From positions 434,001 through 498,000 of the forward strand of contig NW_020843644.1 in assembly GCF_003704095.1 (NCBI RefSeq): DNA of 64,000 nucleotides. The letters run 5' to 3'. Below the pieces are notes generated by a model. It was not told the origin of the DNA. It made no database searches and saw only the letters and a program-made list of their open reading frames with translations. Below, one piece after another: positions 26,401 through 39,800 of this stretch (position 1 is its first letter; each line of letters begins with the position of its first letter). This stretch comes from Pocillopora damicornis (Eukaryota). The translations under genes and the position numbers were made by a program.

Positions 26401-28529
26401 GGATGGACTTTATTCAGTTTTAAATCAGGCGCAAGGGTCTTTGCGTAAGATGAAACAACAAAACCAAGGCTCTAGCAAGGAACTGATAGAACTGCGCGCC
26501 TTGTACCATAAAGAGGTACTCGAAAGAAAACTTTTGTACAATAAACTCCAAGAACTCCGCGGTAACATCAGAGTATTCTGTAGATGCAGATTTGATCCTA
26601 ATGCAGATGATGTACTTAATTTCTTCACGGACCAAGACATAAGTTTGGTATCAGCAATGGGACAGAAAAAGTCCTTCAGATTTGACCGAGTTTTTTTTCC
26701 AACCAGTACTCAGGAAGAAGTCTTTCAAGACACTCTTCCTCTTATTACGTCATGTGTTGATGGGTACAATGTTTGTATCATGGCTTACGGTCAAACAGGT
26801 ACGTGTTCTTAATGCAATCTTTAAAATTATTCCTTTAAGGCCACCGTTTCTCATCTGAGTGGCACAGGAGGGAACATAAAGTGCGGCATTGAATATTATC
26901 TATCTGGTGGTCTTTGAAAAGTTTTGCCCTCTGCACATTTTAACTCCTTAGTTTTTAAATATTTTTTCTCCCTCGATATCAGCCTACAGACGTCTTTGTT
27001 GTCGGAAACGAACACCGCTATTTAGATGATAAAGATTTCTCAACTTTATTGCCCAATAATAGTCTGTTTCGTCTTTTTATCACAATGAGATTTTGGGCGA
27101 CGTGACTAATTATCTCGGGCAACCTAACTCAAGTTTAGTTTCGGGCGAGATTACTTTTGGGAGACTTGACCAGATGTCGTTATATTTACCCCTCAGTGTA
27201 AGCGGTTCTTAATTTTTGGGTGTTGCAACGGTTCTACTTTTGTGGTAAATGAGCATCGACTTTACTTTCCTTTTTAGGCTCAGGGAAAACGTACACAATG
27301 ATGGGGACAAACGAAGATCCCGGAGTAAATATCAGATCGATTCTGGAACTCCTTCGGGTATGCGACGAACGAACCACCGTGGACTATACTATGTGTGTTT
27401 CTATGGTGGAAGTTTATAACGAAACAGTGAGGGATCTGCTCAGTGAGAGTGGAAGCTCACAACAACTGACCATTCAGATGAGGAACAAACAACTGGTCAT
27501 TACTGATGTCACTGAAGCTAATGTCAAGTCTGCTGCAGATATCAAAGGCATCATGGAAAAGGGTAAACGATTTTTCGATGTCTGACATTTGAGTTATCTT
27601 TACCTGTGCTATCCAAAAGGCGGTAAAAGGGAACTTTGAACGCTTTTTCCCAGTTGAAATCGATTTTCACATTGAGATCCATACATGACTGAAACTCAAA
27701 ACTCAAAATAAAAATAGATTGAGACTACTTAACCCTTAACACCTAATATCAGTGCGCACATTCTCCGCACTGTCCTCGTGCATATCCCAAGCCGCTGACA
27801 GGAGAATTAGCTATTAACTTATCAATCAAGAACTTCTTGGGGTAATGATCATTTTTTCTATTTTAGTGATCGTAACGCTTAATTCAGGGTGACGCGGAAA
27901 GGAGAAATTAAATGCTAATCACTCTGAGGCGCTAATGGTTGAGTTTCCGAAAAGGAGTCCTGAGGTTCTAAGAAATGAGCCCAAGTGCTTCATATTTTCG
28001 TCAAAGGGGGGCAAAAATCAAATGTTTACGAGCAATTATCCAGCAGCAACTCTCTCTTTTTTTGTGTTCAATTTCAGGTGACTCGAACCGTTCAGTGGGT
28101 GCTACCAAAATGAACACAAACAGCTCCCGCTCCCATTTGTTACTCCTCTTGAAGCTTCATGGCACAAATCGCGTGACAAATGCCGTCACGCGCGGTACGC
28201 TGACCCTTGTAGACCTTGCTGGCTCAGAAAGGATCTCCAAAACTGAAGCCACAGGACAAAGGCTCGTGGAAGCAGCAGCTATCAACAAATCTCTTTCAGC
28301 GCTGGGTCAAGTATTTGCAGCGTTAAGAACGAATGCAATGCACGTACCTTACAGAAACTCTAAGTTGACTCAATTAATGCAGAGCTCTCTTGGGGGGGAC
28401 GGTAAGGCGTGTTTGTTTGTTAATGTTAGCCCGCTCGCCAGTAACCTTAGCGAGACAGCGAGCACGTTACAGTTTGGATCAGCGGCTAAGCAAGTTGAAC
28501 TTGGAAAGGCCAAACAGAACATTACCTAA
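23499..28529 (+). CDS. Kinesin-14 family C-terminal motor (KIFC3-like), about 841 aa, 5 exons
   Basis: Exons 23499-24036, 25225-25410, 25734-26798, 27278-27562, 28078-28529; phase-consistent, 2526 nt. Neck LYNKLQELRGNIRVFCR, P-loop GQTGSGKT, switch I NSSRSH, switch II DLAGSE, HVPYRNSKLT, preceded by a coiled coil. Confidence 0.93.
24979..25190. mobile_element. piggyBac-like MITE
   Basis: TTAAccctttaattcccaag ... ctgggagttaaagggTTAA: TIRs with TTAA on both sides. Close relative at 55207-55409. Confidence 0.8.
27729..27941. mobile_element. piggyBac-like MITE (decayed)
   Basis: Left end TTAAcccttaacacctaatatcag; family body; degenerate right end. Confidence 0.55.
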
Positions 28530-29135
28530 GCACCAAAGAAAAACTAACCGGATAAAATTAAGAGTTTAAATCAACAAGGACTGACTGACATCCAAATATC
28601 TATCGATCCTTGAGTGTTCCTAGACCAGCTTACCGAAGGTTTCAACGACTTCACGAGCCCTGAGCCTTCTGATAATATCTTAATATTAGAGTAGGGCAGA
28701 TCTTGGCTCAAAAACCAGTCAGTTCTGTTTTGTTTCCTTTTATTTACACTTTCCTAATTTCAAAACTCTTAGGCCGGTTATTTACACGAGGTCCAACCCA
28801 AAACGCGGTTTTACGCAAGCAGCGAGTCTCAGGAATTTTCTTGAAGAGGGTTAATTTAATTTAATAAATTTCCTCTACTATTAGCTTCACAAAGATAAAT
28901 ATTCAGATAAAAGGTTTGGCTAAACTGAAAATGGTTTAGAACGTAGTTTTGTTAAACAAGGGCTAAACTTTGTTTAAATAACAAGCCCTTAATGAACCGA
29001 TCTTGAATTTAAACACAGCAAACAAAAAGCTGAGCCTTTCAGGGTCGGTAACTCCCGCAACTTTCTAGAAACGAATCCTTGAAGGGGAATAACTAGCCAA
29101 ACAGTTTTTAAAGTTAAAAATTTATTTTCCTGCCG

Positions 29136-29344
29136 TTAACCCATTCACTCCCAAGATCTAAAGATAAACTCTCGCTACTGTCTGCCTTACATTTCCTATG
29201 ATTTTAGCTTTGAGAATTTTTTGTTGAATCTAAAAATATTCTGCAATGTATATATTTTCGATCTTATCACCTCTCTGCTTAAAGACATATCGGCAGTGTT
29301 GGGGGAAATTTCTCATCGGTCACACCCAGGAGTGAAAGGGTTAA
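29136..29344. mobile_element. piggyBac-like MITE
   Basis: TTAAcccattcactccc ... ggagtgaaagggTTAA. Confidence 0.75.
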
Positions 29345-30228
29345 TTTGGGAAGCGGGTGTATTTTTATTAAAAGCGTTTCCTGTTTTTATGATGTATTAT
29401 TCCTTCTCAAAATTTATAGCGCGGATATTGATTTTTATAACAAACATCGAAAAGATTTGGATTCAACAATAATTTATTATTATCCGCCGCAAATATGACA
29501 AGATAAAAACTATATTTTACAACATAGAAAATGCCAGCAGGTTGAACTAAAGTAATCTTCATTACACGTAAATTTAACGTTATTCCTTTAAGGACTGAGT
29601 TGTCAACCAGTCTTGCTTGCCTCACTCTCTTCATTTCAATCACAGACGATTTCTGGTGTTGTAAAATCGCATCTGAACCATTGACAGTTTCGATCAGAAC
29701 AAAGTTCAAATTCCTTTCGCCTGTAAAGGATCTGCTATTCAGCGGACATCTTAGGGATGCGCCAAATCTTTTTGGCTTCTTGTAATGTGTTCCATTGATC
29801 TGATTGGTCATTCTGATTACTTTAGTTTTCGAAAAGCGCTCTGCTGTTTTTGCATTGGTTTTGACTTCCCTTTGTAAAAGACAGTTCGTTAATCGCTTTA
29901 AATGTAAACACGACCGCATAACCCAGCCTTTTACAACGTTTAACGCGAGATAATTATGAATAAAACGGATGATAAAGTATTAAAATCTCCCTTTTCTTTT
30001 GACTTACGATGATATTAGTAAAAATCGTATTTACACTCGTTACCTTTTCAAGGTAGATGGTATCTCTGTTTCACTTTAAGAAATTACAGAGATTCGGAAA
30101 GGCAATTGGTTCCGAATTAGATAGAGCCATGAAGGCAAACTGACCAGAAAATTCAACGAAAAAAGAAGAAAAAAAAAAATGTAGAAAGAAGATACCCACG
30201 GGGCATTTGGTGCCCAACAGAACCAACC

Positions 30229-30447
30229 TTAACTCTTTACATCCTTACATGAGGATAAATATTCTCCATTCCGCCCTCTCTACATTTCCTATTGTACTGA
30301 AGAGGGGAATTTGTTAGATCATCGGGAGCTTCTGAAGCTGAGGATCATGCATTTTGTTTTTTTTTCTCGTGATCTCTATGTTTAATTCAGGGTTGCTGCT
30401 GAGAGGAGAAACTAGACGATACTCACTCTTATGGGTTAAGGGATTAA
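30229..30447. mobile_element. piggyBac-like MITE (decayed)
   Basis: TTAActctttacatcc ... gggttaagggaTTAA; body similar to 27729-27941 and 18177-18330. Confidence 0.6.
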
Positions 30448-30823
30448 TTATTCCAAAAGGACTCCTGATGTTATTTGCAGGAGGAATGGAAAATAGCAAA
30501 GGAAAAAAGAGAGGCGGTCTTAAAAAAAAAAAGAGAAAAGAAAAAGAAAAGAAAGGAATGGAAGAATGATGGGGGATGAGAGGTAAAGGTTTGTCCCCTC
30601 TAGAATTCCCTGCACGCTTGCTCTTATCCACCCTGAATTTCTGTACATTTTCTATCTTCTTTTCCAATCCCATGACTTTAAAAAAGAGAGCTTCAGCGTT
30701 ATAGAAACAAGTGCCCTTTCACAAATTTTATATATGATTATTTTCCCCATATTATTGTTATTACTATTGGTCAGTTGATAAAATGTTTTCCCTGCCAAGT
30801 TTTAGGAAAGTGTTTGGTTGGTA

Positions 30824-33800
30824 TTAACTGGCATAATACACATCCAAAGTTTCAAACAGTGGTTCTGAGAAGTCCAGTGGGGGGTCGGGTAAGGCTTTGT
30901 CAAAGCCTTCTTTACCAACCAACCAGTAAGTAGTCACCAGTCCTTGCCTCTGTCAAATAGGGACAAAGAAAAGAAAAACACGATGTAAACATATCGATAG
31001 GCCTTGTGCACGTTTACGTCGGAATACGCAATTTTACCACTAAGCTTCGCTTTCAAGATGTGGACTGTTTATTCGGACACTATATTTAAAACAATACCCT
31101 CATGGAAACAACAGAGACAAGTAACAAAGACTTGTGAATATTCTGGTGCAAACAAGGCTTGGGTGCGTACTCTGAGTTAATGACGCCAGCTATTAAAAGT
31201 AGATTGAGAAGAACATTAGTTTGATTTATCAAACAAACAAAATTACAAACCGTAATTGGAGAGGGTTCAGTTAATTCGAAAGAAAAATGCTGTATTCTTT
31301 TTACTCAGGTTTTCAAACGTTCCGAGCCTCCATCTGTGTTCGTTGCATTCGCAGCGCTGTTAGTGTGCGCCATGGATTGAAAACAAAAATTCCTTGAGCG
31401 TCATTTGTCTAACAATTGGAGAACCGCGTCTCAGAGGGGCGGGTAGAAAAATAAATTGCCTTTTTACGTTTAACTTAATTGACTGTCAAAGTGTCATCAA
31501 GCATGGAGAATAGTCCCTTTAGTCAGTTTCTTATATCACCTCCGAGATATTTTTTTTACCTTAATCTGGACCTGTCCCCTCTCCTCTAGATAAAAACCTC
31601 CAACTTCAACCAACCTCGAATGTGACTCGCTGCTCACGTGGATGCGCAAAGCTTGAGAAATGTATGAATAAGAGAATTATCATAAGATTATACAAATATT
31701 ACCAAGACTTAAATACCTGCTTCAGATTTGGTCGATGCGTTTCTAAGATATTCAACCAAATAAGTTCAGAGAAAAAGATCATTAACTCTATCGTTAAAGG
31801 CCAAAGGTCTAATTAATGTATCAGACCTTCCACGGCCAATTAGAGCACCTAAGGGTCAGAGTGATGGAACGCATAGAGCATGCGCAGTACTTACGCAGAC
31901 AGGTGCTTTCCAGCTTAGATGCGATGTTGACCGTGTGACCATAAAGGCAAAACCGTGGCATGGTCACACCAACAACTGCCGCCACCACTGGACCTGTAAA
32001 TCAAATCAAAATGAAAAGCAAGTTATACGTTCAAACCTATGTTGCTACATCGCGGCGTCAGTGCAGTTGCATGCGATACGGTTCAGTATTAGAGTGCTCT
32101 TCGATTGAGTGTCGTAAAAAACCAACACCAAAGTAATCACAACGGCCAATCAGAAGAAAGGGAAATACCTTTAAGAACCAATGAGAATTCAAAGCAAACA
32201 ACCTGACCGCCTATGGCGTGGGAAGACTCTGAGTGGTTGAGAACGCAGCGCGAGTTTTCTAGACCAACCACATAACGAAGTAAAGCAAAACCAAAGCAAT
32301 ACAGGATTATTTTCGACGCTGAATTGAAAATTGCTCTAAACAGCCAAGTTCAAGGAAAAAGGGACAAGGGATCACCTATGACTTCATGGAGAAAAACAAT
32401 GCAGAAAGAAAATGATGACATGAAAAGGCGAACAACTAATCAAAGGTCCAGAAATCCTACCCGTGTTGATGCCAATTCGCAGTTGCAGTTGATGGTCTGG
32501 CAGATGTCGCACACGAAATACAGTCATGTGACTGAGAAGCTCTAGTGCCATGCTCGCAATTTCACTAGCATGTTTTATCCCATTCTTCTTAGGACAACCG
32601 CTGACAACAACGTAAGCATCACCAACTGTCTCCACCTGAAAAAGATAAACTACCATTTCAATGTTTTTTAATACAGTCCCTATTTATTTTCACGAAACCC
32701 TCTAAAAGGTGGTGCTTCTTTCACGGCAAAGAAAAAACGCCGGAAAAACCTCCGGGTCTGGAGAGAGAGGCTGGGTTCGATATTACGGACTTTAAGGGAG
32801 AAAACAACAGCAAAACCACGTTTTACAAATTCCAGGTAAATTTTCTCAATGTGAGTTTACCTTGTATACGTCAAAACGACTGATAATTTCATCAAAGGAC
32901 ACATACAAATCATTCAAAAAGCCCACAATCTGCAAAGGGAAAAGAGAGAGTTATTAGCGTATTTGTTCATAGGTCTGTGTTCATCATAAATCCAGTGATT
33001 TTACTTATTATTTCAAAGTAAACTTTGGCAAATATCTCTTCGAGGTTTCCGCACACTGAGGAGCTGCTTCCTATAGGAGTCATAGAGAGACGCCTTAATC
33101 ATCAAGACCTTCCCAAAATAGTCCATTTTACAGCTGTGTGCTTGGTTGCCAAGCCTTTGAACAGGAGTGAGGCCAAGATTGACCTTGTAATGATACAAAC
33201 CTTGCTGCTTTCCAAATGAATATTACTTTGTTATCATGCTAACTAGATGCTGGTCTCCATCACAACAAGGTCACCTTCAGCCCACAACTGTGAAATGGCC
33301 TATTGGTACACAACTATGGCTGAACGCTACACCCGACCCAAGTCCCCATGGTGTAAGTCACGTGATTTAATGCATAGAGACGTTAAGATTTATCAGCATC
33401 CATTGTGTAGTTCCATACCTCTAGCGGGGTACTCATGGAGGCCAGCTTAGTGAAGCCGACAATGTCACTGAAGAAGATGGTAACTTCCTCAAATCCCTCG
33501 GCCTGTACCGTGTTATCAGACTTCAACTGGTCCACTACCAAACTAAGAACATGAAAAGAAAACTTTCAGGGCAGTTATCAACTGAGTGTCGAGAGAAATC
33601 CGGGTTTTTTTAGCTTTGCTTCACTGCGTCATTTGATTGGATAAGAAACTTGTATCGTCTTTGTTCTAGATAAATTAGATACAAAATTTACTCCAATCGC
33701 GCTCAGTTTCTCACGTTTTTGTCGCGCTTGAGTAAGGTTTAGTGATTTCTAGTTCTAATTGGCTGTTGGTGATAGTTGTCTTATTTCTCATTGGCTTTTG

Positions 33801-36800
33801 TCATATATTTGGGTTTACAAGATTCATTCAAAAAGTACGACATTCAATCGTTTAAACAACACTTTTCGTCTGAAGCAACTCTGTTCCATGACTGGTCCAG
33901 AAAAGTCGCAACACTTTTTGATTTAGGAAAATCTCACTGTCCCTTCTCTATACGAAGTTTAGGCCTCTCTCTGCTTAGAAAATTCTTTGCTTTTCTCTTA
34001 CGACTGTCGTCGCATATGGCAAGCTAACTTTTAGTGTTTTTTTTTTCTACTTACGGTGGGAGCAATCGGTAGAGGATTTTCTCTGTTTTTTCTTTCTCCT
34101 CATTTAACTGCCTGGTTCGTTCCTCCACCAGCTGTTCCAAGTGATTAGCATGCTTCTCCATCATAGTAACCATGTTTTCTATGATGTTGGATCCTCTGAG
34201 GAAATAAGTCGTGTCAGGTTTGATGTCAATGAAAATTATATGCGATGCAGGACTGATGCAGGGGTGTACCTAGGATTTCTGACGAAGTGGGGGAGGGGGG
34301 GGGTCCAAACTTAATGTCCTTATGACTTGTGCAGGCATTCCAGGTCTTTTCTTTATCACAATGAATCATTTTTCTTGGCAGGGGGAGGAGTCACGTGCAC
34401 ATTCGTTACTCCAAACGTATGTCTTAAAACGGTAAATATGATAAAAAAAAATTTATGTACTTCACTGAGATGTACCTGCCACTTTCTTTCTTGAGCCGCT
34501 CTACAATTCGGTAAAAATGCGGCCTTTCCTCGGGTTCGTCATTCCAGCAATCTACCATCAGCTCTATGTATTCCGGCTTCATTTCCATTGATGGAACATC
34601 AGGACGGAAAGGAGGATCCTCATGAGCCACAACACGGTGAATTATTACTGTTTAAGGGGAGGATTGCAAAAGGTGAATACGTAAATTGGGGCAGGACAAT
34701 TTTCGGTTGCGATGTCTCTCTCCATGCAAGAGTGTAGACAGATACCGTTGAAATTTTAGGGAAAATTGACAAATCGCTGATGTATTCTACAAGTGATTGA
34801 CCAGCATCCCGTCTTTGGAATGCAGCAATACTCCCAGTCACTTAATGCAACTAAAAATTGGGGTAAGCTCCGGAAGAAAATAGGTAAAAATACCTCGGAA
34901 AACTTCACCAACCATTTCTATCCAACTCAGTTCACCCACCTTTAGGTTGTAGCATTTTTCTGCTGTAAGGCTCCGAACGAAAGGACATTTCTTGAAGTAG
35001 TATTCCATAGCTGTACACATCTCCTTTCTGGGAAAACCCCTCACGCTCCACCTTACTGATATTGATGTGCTCAGGTGCAGTCCACAAGAGATCTAACATG
35101 GCATAAGAAACGGTTGTACCCATAAGCTAGATTCTTAGCCAATGTCTTTTATTAGGTTAGCCAGTGTCTTTTGTTGACCTATCATTACTGACAAAAGCTC
35201 TTAACATGCTTCAATTATCAGCCATACTTATGGTCTTTGTCTTAGCCTTTGCCTCGTTTATAGAAGTTGGTTGAAGAGGTCCAGTAGATCAAGTATCGAA
35301 TATTGACTTCTCGATTCAGAGGACTTAGTGGAAGAAAACCTCTGATTAAGTTTACAAAATATGTTTTCGATTTTTCTGAGTAATAAATTAGCAGCTGTCT
35401 ACGACCGAAGTGAATAACGATTCATATTCATGTATTGGTTGGCTACGGGCAGGGGAAGAAATTTAAAAAAAAACCCACATTCTTTAAAAAACTTCACAAG
35501 TGAAAAAATATGAGAACATTGTAGACTAGATTGCTGACTTTAATTCAAAATGATGTAAACACCAGTCGAACGCAACATATCGATTCTGTAAAAATACGTC
35601 GACAGACTCCTCCAAACTCACGAGTGTGGCATAGATGCAAAGATGAGACTTACCATAATACATCTTGTGCAAACTCTTGGTATTCTCCTGTCCAGCTTTG
35701 AATTCATGCAAACCCCAGTCTGTGATCTTGACAACCCAGTGACTGTCAATCACGCATCGAGTCGAAGTCAGGTTGCCATGGAATTTGACAGAGGTGTTGT
35801 GAAGGTATTTCATGCCCTATAACATAAGTGAAGACGAATGATCCTTTAGAGGAAATATTTTCTTATCATTGCCACGACGACACAAAACAGTTAGCAAAAA
35901 TGAATAATGGATGCTCTACTTAAATTATTTCGAAATCTGGATCACCTCTTAAAGTGACCTTCTGAAATTTTCAGTATTGGTTCTGAGCCTCTCCTCCAAT
36001 TTGTCAATTTTGATCTCTCGCCAATAATGAAAGTGAGGCTCACATAGTTACGTCTGATGACTCAACAGAGTTTACTTTTGCTCTGATAAACTATCACAAC
36101 TGGTACTGTTGCTATGATTACCCATCAAAAACAATTTTGAAAAAAAGCCTCTTAATGCCGGTTAAAGAAGAACACAACCAAGATATTAATTTTGTTACAC
36201 TTATTGACTCCTCTCTATAAGAGACCAGTCACTATTCATTACAGAACTGTAAGGGGGAGGGGGGGGGGGTGCGGGTGACACAACCAAAATCCTCCAGCCC
36301 GCCCTCCCCCCCCCCCCACCCTTCTTTTTCCTTCTTCCCCCAGGCGTTAAAACAAAGACCCGCTCCAAAACTACAAAAATAGACCTCGATCGGATTACTT
36401 CGAAATGTGATGGGATCAAAATCGCAGTACAATAGTCCCTGGAGGGTGTTCCCGTGATTTTATCACCACATTTAAACTTCTTCTACAACACTTTTTTTAA
36501 AAAAAATATACGGTTACACATTGGCATGATAGAAAAGAAAATAAATGATCTCATTACCGCCGCGATGTCGATGGCCATGGACAGTTTGAATCCATAGTCG
36601 ATCTTATACTCATCGTTTGCCAAGACGTCCTAATCAAAATAAATGAACAACATTCCATGAAAAGCATGAATTTAACAATCAAGAGCTTCTTCAGTTGGTG
36701 ATTATTTCCTTTATATTGAAGGGGTTAAAGGGTTAATGCCAATAAAACTGTATAAGTACTTACCTTTAAGCTTCCCTTTTTGCAGTACGACCAAACCATC

Positions 36801-39800
36801 ATAATGTTGGGTGACTCGATGCACGCTCCAATGAAGGGGTTCAGGTTTTCATGGCTGATGTCCCGTACCTTAAAGAAAGTGTTATTCAGTTACTGTGCAC
36901 TACGACACCGTCATAATGTAACGTGACTACATGGTGATAAACTAAGGTGCATAGATCAGAATATTAATTTTCACAAAGGAAAAAATAAAACGCTGAATAA
37001 GTCATGAGTATAAATCCCGCTTCAGGCAGAAAAGGTGTTGACCGTTGTCTGTAGCTGTAACACCCCAGTTACCATATCATGATGAACTCATCACAGAAAC
37101 ACCTCACAAGTCTGCGATTTTTCACTTATATCTCTGAAATGTTAAGGGAATATACAGTTCTTTGAATTTCTATCCATACTCTAAAACAACTTGTGCGACA
37201 GTGGATTTCTAAAGGCTTATATATTTACTAACCTGTTTGAGCTGAATAAGAATTTCTCGAGTCATGTGAACAGTTTTCTTGTTCAACCGCTTTATTGCTA
37301 CAGTTCGACCCTTAAAAAAAAGCGAAAAAGGCCGAACAGATGTAAGAAAATTCAAAGCTATCAGACCCAAATGATTAAACCACATTTCGAACTTCTATTT
37401 CTAGATAAATATGGCTCTCAAACACCTAACAGGCGCTACCTTCGTATTTTTCAATGATATCCACCGACTTTCACGTTTGCAAGGTCCCTCGTTCCTCCAA
37501 TGTTCTTATGAACCACCTCCTCAGTGGCAGTTAATTGGCAGTCGATCTTCCATAGTCCCTCCCTTATACTCTATTGGCAACGACTGATCCCTCGTTCGTT
37601 CCCCCTGGAAAACCATATGACCCCCCTAAATCCTCCACTACCCCCCCCCCCCCTTGCGAAAAAAATAAACGACGGGTCCTTAGTATCAAAAGGTCTGGCT
37701 TGATGTATTGCCTTCCCTCTCCGTCACTTTGAGTAAATAGCTACTTTACCCACGAGACCGTCCCGGCTTCGTAATTTTCTTACTTGATAGTTTCCGATTG
37801 TGGTGAAGATTTGCTCTGTGTTTGCTGATGCGTTGGAGGCGGCTGTAGTTTGCTCCTCTTGAATCAGTGGACTGGTGAAAGGCTTGACGGCTTTGATCGT
37901 GTTCACGTTCAACTCTTCCTTGGTCTCTGTTTTCTGAAAGGTCAAGTTAGTGAAATGAAAGGTTACCCCTCTTTTGAAATCGTAGAATTCCATTTCCCTG
38001 ACTTAACATCGAGAATTTAGTCGCGAAATACTTTGAAAACGACCAGGTAGTAAACGCTTTTTTTTTGTTGTTGTTTTTCTCAAATTTTATGACTTTCGAG
38101 GACTTACCGGTTACGGTCCTTTTCTAGACCACTCTAACTCGAAAGATCAGACTGATCGTTCAACTATTAACCTTTTTTTTCCACTTTAAGTTCTCACTGG
38201 CTCTGTATGATATTTTGCTTTATCTTGATTGACTTCTGTGATTACTTTGGTTTTTGTTTTATGACACTCAATCGGAATGCAGTCTCTACATGTACTCGTC
38301 TAGTCTTTGACTTATTTACACCAATTTGTACGAGAAATCATTAGGTTACTTGTTAATAATTTACATGAAAAACGCATCACATGAAGTCAAGACGAACGAA
38401 ATTTTGCCAGCACACGTACGGTATTTGTAATTTGGACTCATGTGACACGAAAAATGCACTCGTTTTCAGCCAATCCGACGCGCGTAATTTTTTCATGTAT
38501 ATTGTCAAAATGGTTACAACATGGAAACTCACTGGAAGGGGACGAACAGTCGATGGACTCCGCTTGAAAGTTGTCACTCCCTGTGACTGTGCTTCTCCTG
38601 ATCCACTGTGATCTTGAATATGCAGATCATCATAACGAAGTTTCCATGACTTGTTCTGCGCCAGATCTGTTTCATAGCGAAGTTTCCTGCAAGCGTATAA
38701 GTTTACTCAAATTATATTTTGTCAGAGATAAAAAAAATTCTATTCTTGAGTTAAGTTTTTAGTTATTGAAGACTTTGCCTAAGAATATAGAGTTTCTCTT
38801 GTGTGATGAATCTGGGAGTTTTGCATGTATGTTTGCTTAGTTCACTTCAGCGTCTTTCTCTACTAAGAGCATGCGTTAGTAATTAACGCGAAAACAAAGA
38901 GAATATCGTGATCTTTTGTGGAAACAAATCCATAATGCTCATGGAGAACTTGCAATGGATTATCCCTCCATCTAGGTGGGGGTTTGAGGTGTGGGGTGGG
39001 GGTGGGGGGGTTAGAGGGGGAGGGTTGGGGAGAGGATGCAATGCCGGAAATCGCTTCCTACTTTGGATACCAGGAACAGAGGCGTCACATGCGCGTTACT
39101 AGATTTCAGGGAGTCATCGTGTTAACTGTATATGCAGCATAGGAATCGTAATGTTGTGGGTTTAGAGAATAAATTACTTACCTGATGATGAGGAAAAACA
39201 TAAGTGCTAACACCACGACACCAGCGGTAGATGCTCCAATGACTACATTGACCAACTGTTGAGTTGCTAGATTGAAAGAGAGGAAAAATGAAGAATAATG
39301 TAAAGAAGATGATGTGTTCTTAAGCCTGGTGACTAAATCGAAAGATGATGTCGTTCAGTCAGACGTACTGCAGATGTACTTGAAGTCATAGAGGTTTAAT
39401 GTGAGTGTCGTAAGACCAAAAGCAAAGTAATTGCCAGAGGATTTTCACGAGGAACCAAGGAGTAAATCAAGCGAACTGCTAAAAGCTCGGAAACCGGCAT
39501 GAGTGACACTGTGGAGATTGCTTCCACTTTAGGATCTGATTGCCAGGTGAGAGGGTGGCACCAGTTTTCTACGACTATCGCATGGGGAAGAAAAACGAAA
39601 TATATGCAATCCGAGATTTCTTACAACTCTCGCAAGAGAATTTCTTTTGACCACGCTGATACGATATCAGCAAGTGAATGCATTCTTACCTTCTCTTCCT
39701 TGCTCGCGGCACAATTCTTTCTCCCATCCACACCTTGGCTTATCAAGAGGAGGATTTGTGCGTCCTCCTGCCCAGATCACTCTCACGTCTATCAAGTGAA

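Noticed and set aside
29407-30673. 170-aa and 119-aa minus-strand ORFs
   Set aside because: They overlap repeat fragments and a purine-rich low-complexity tract, with no recognisable domain.
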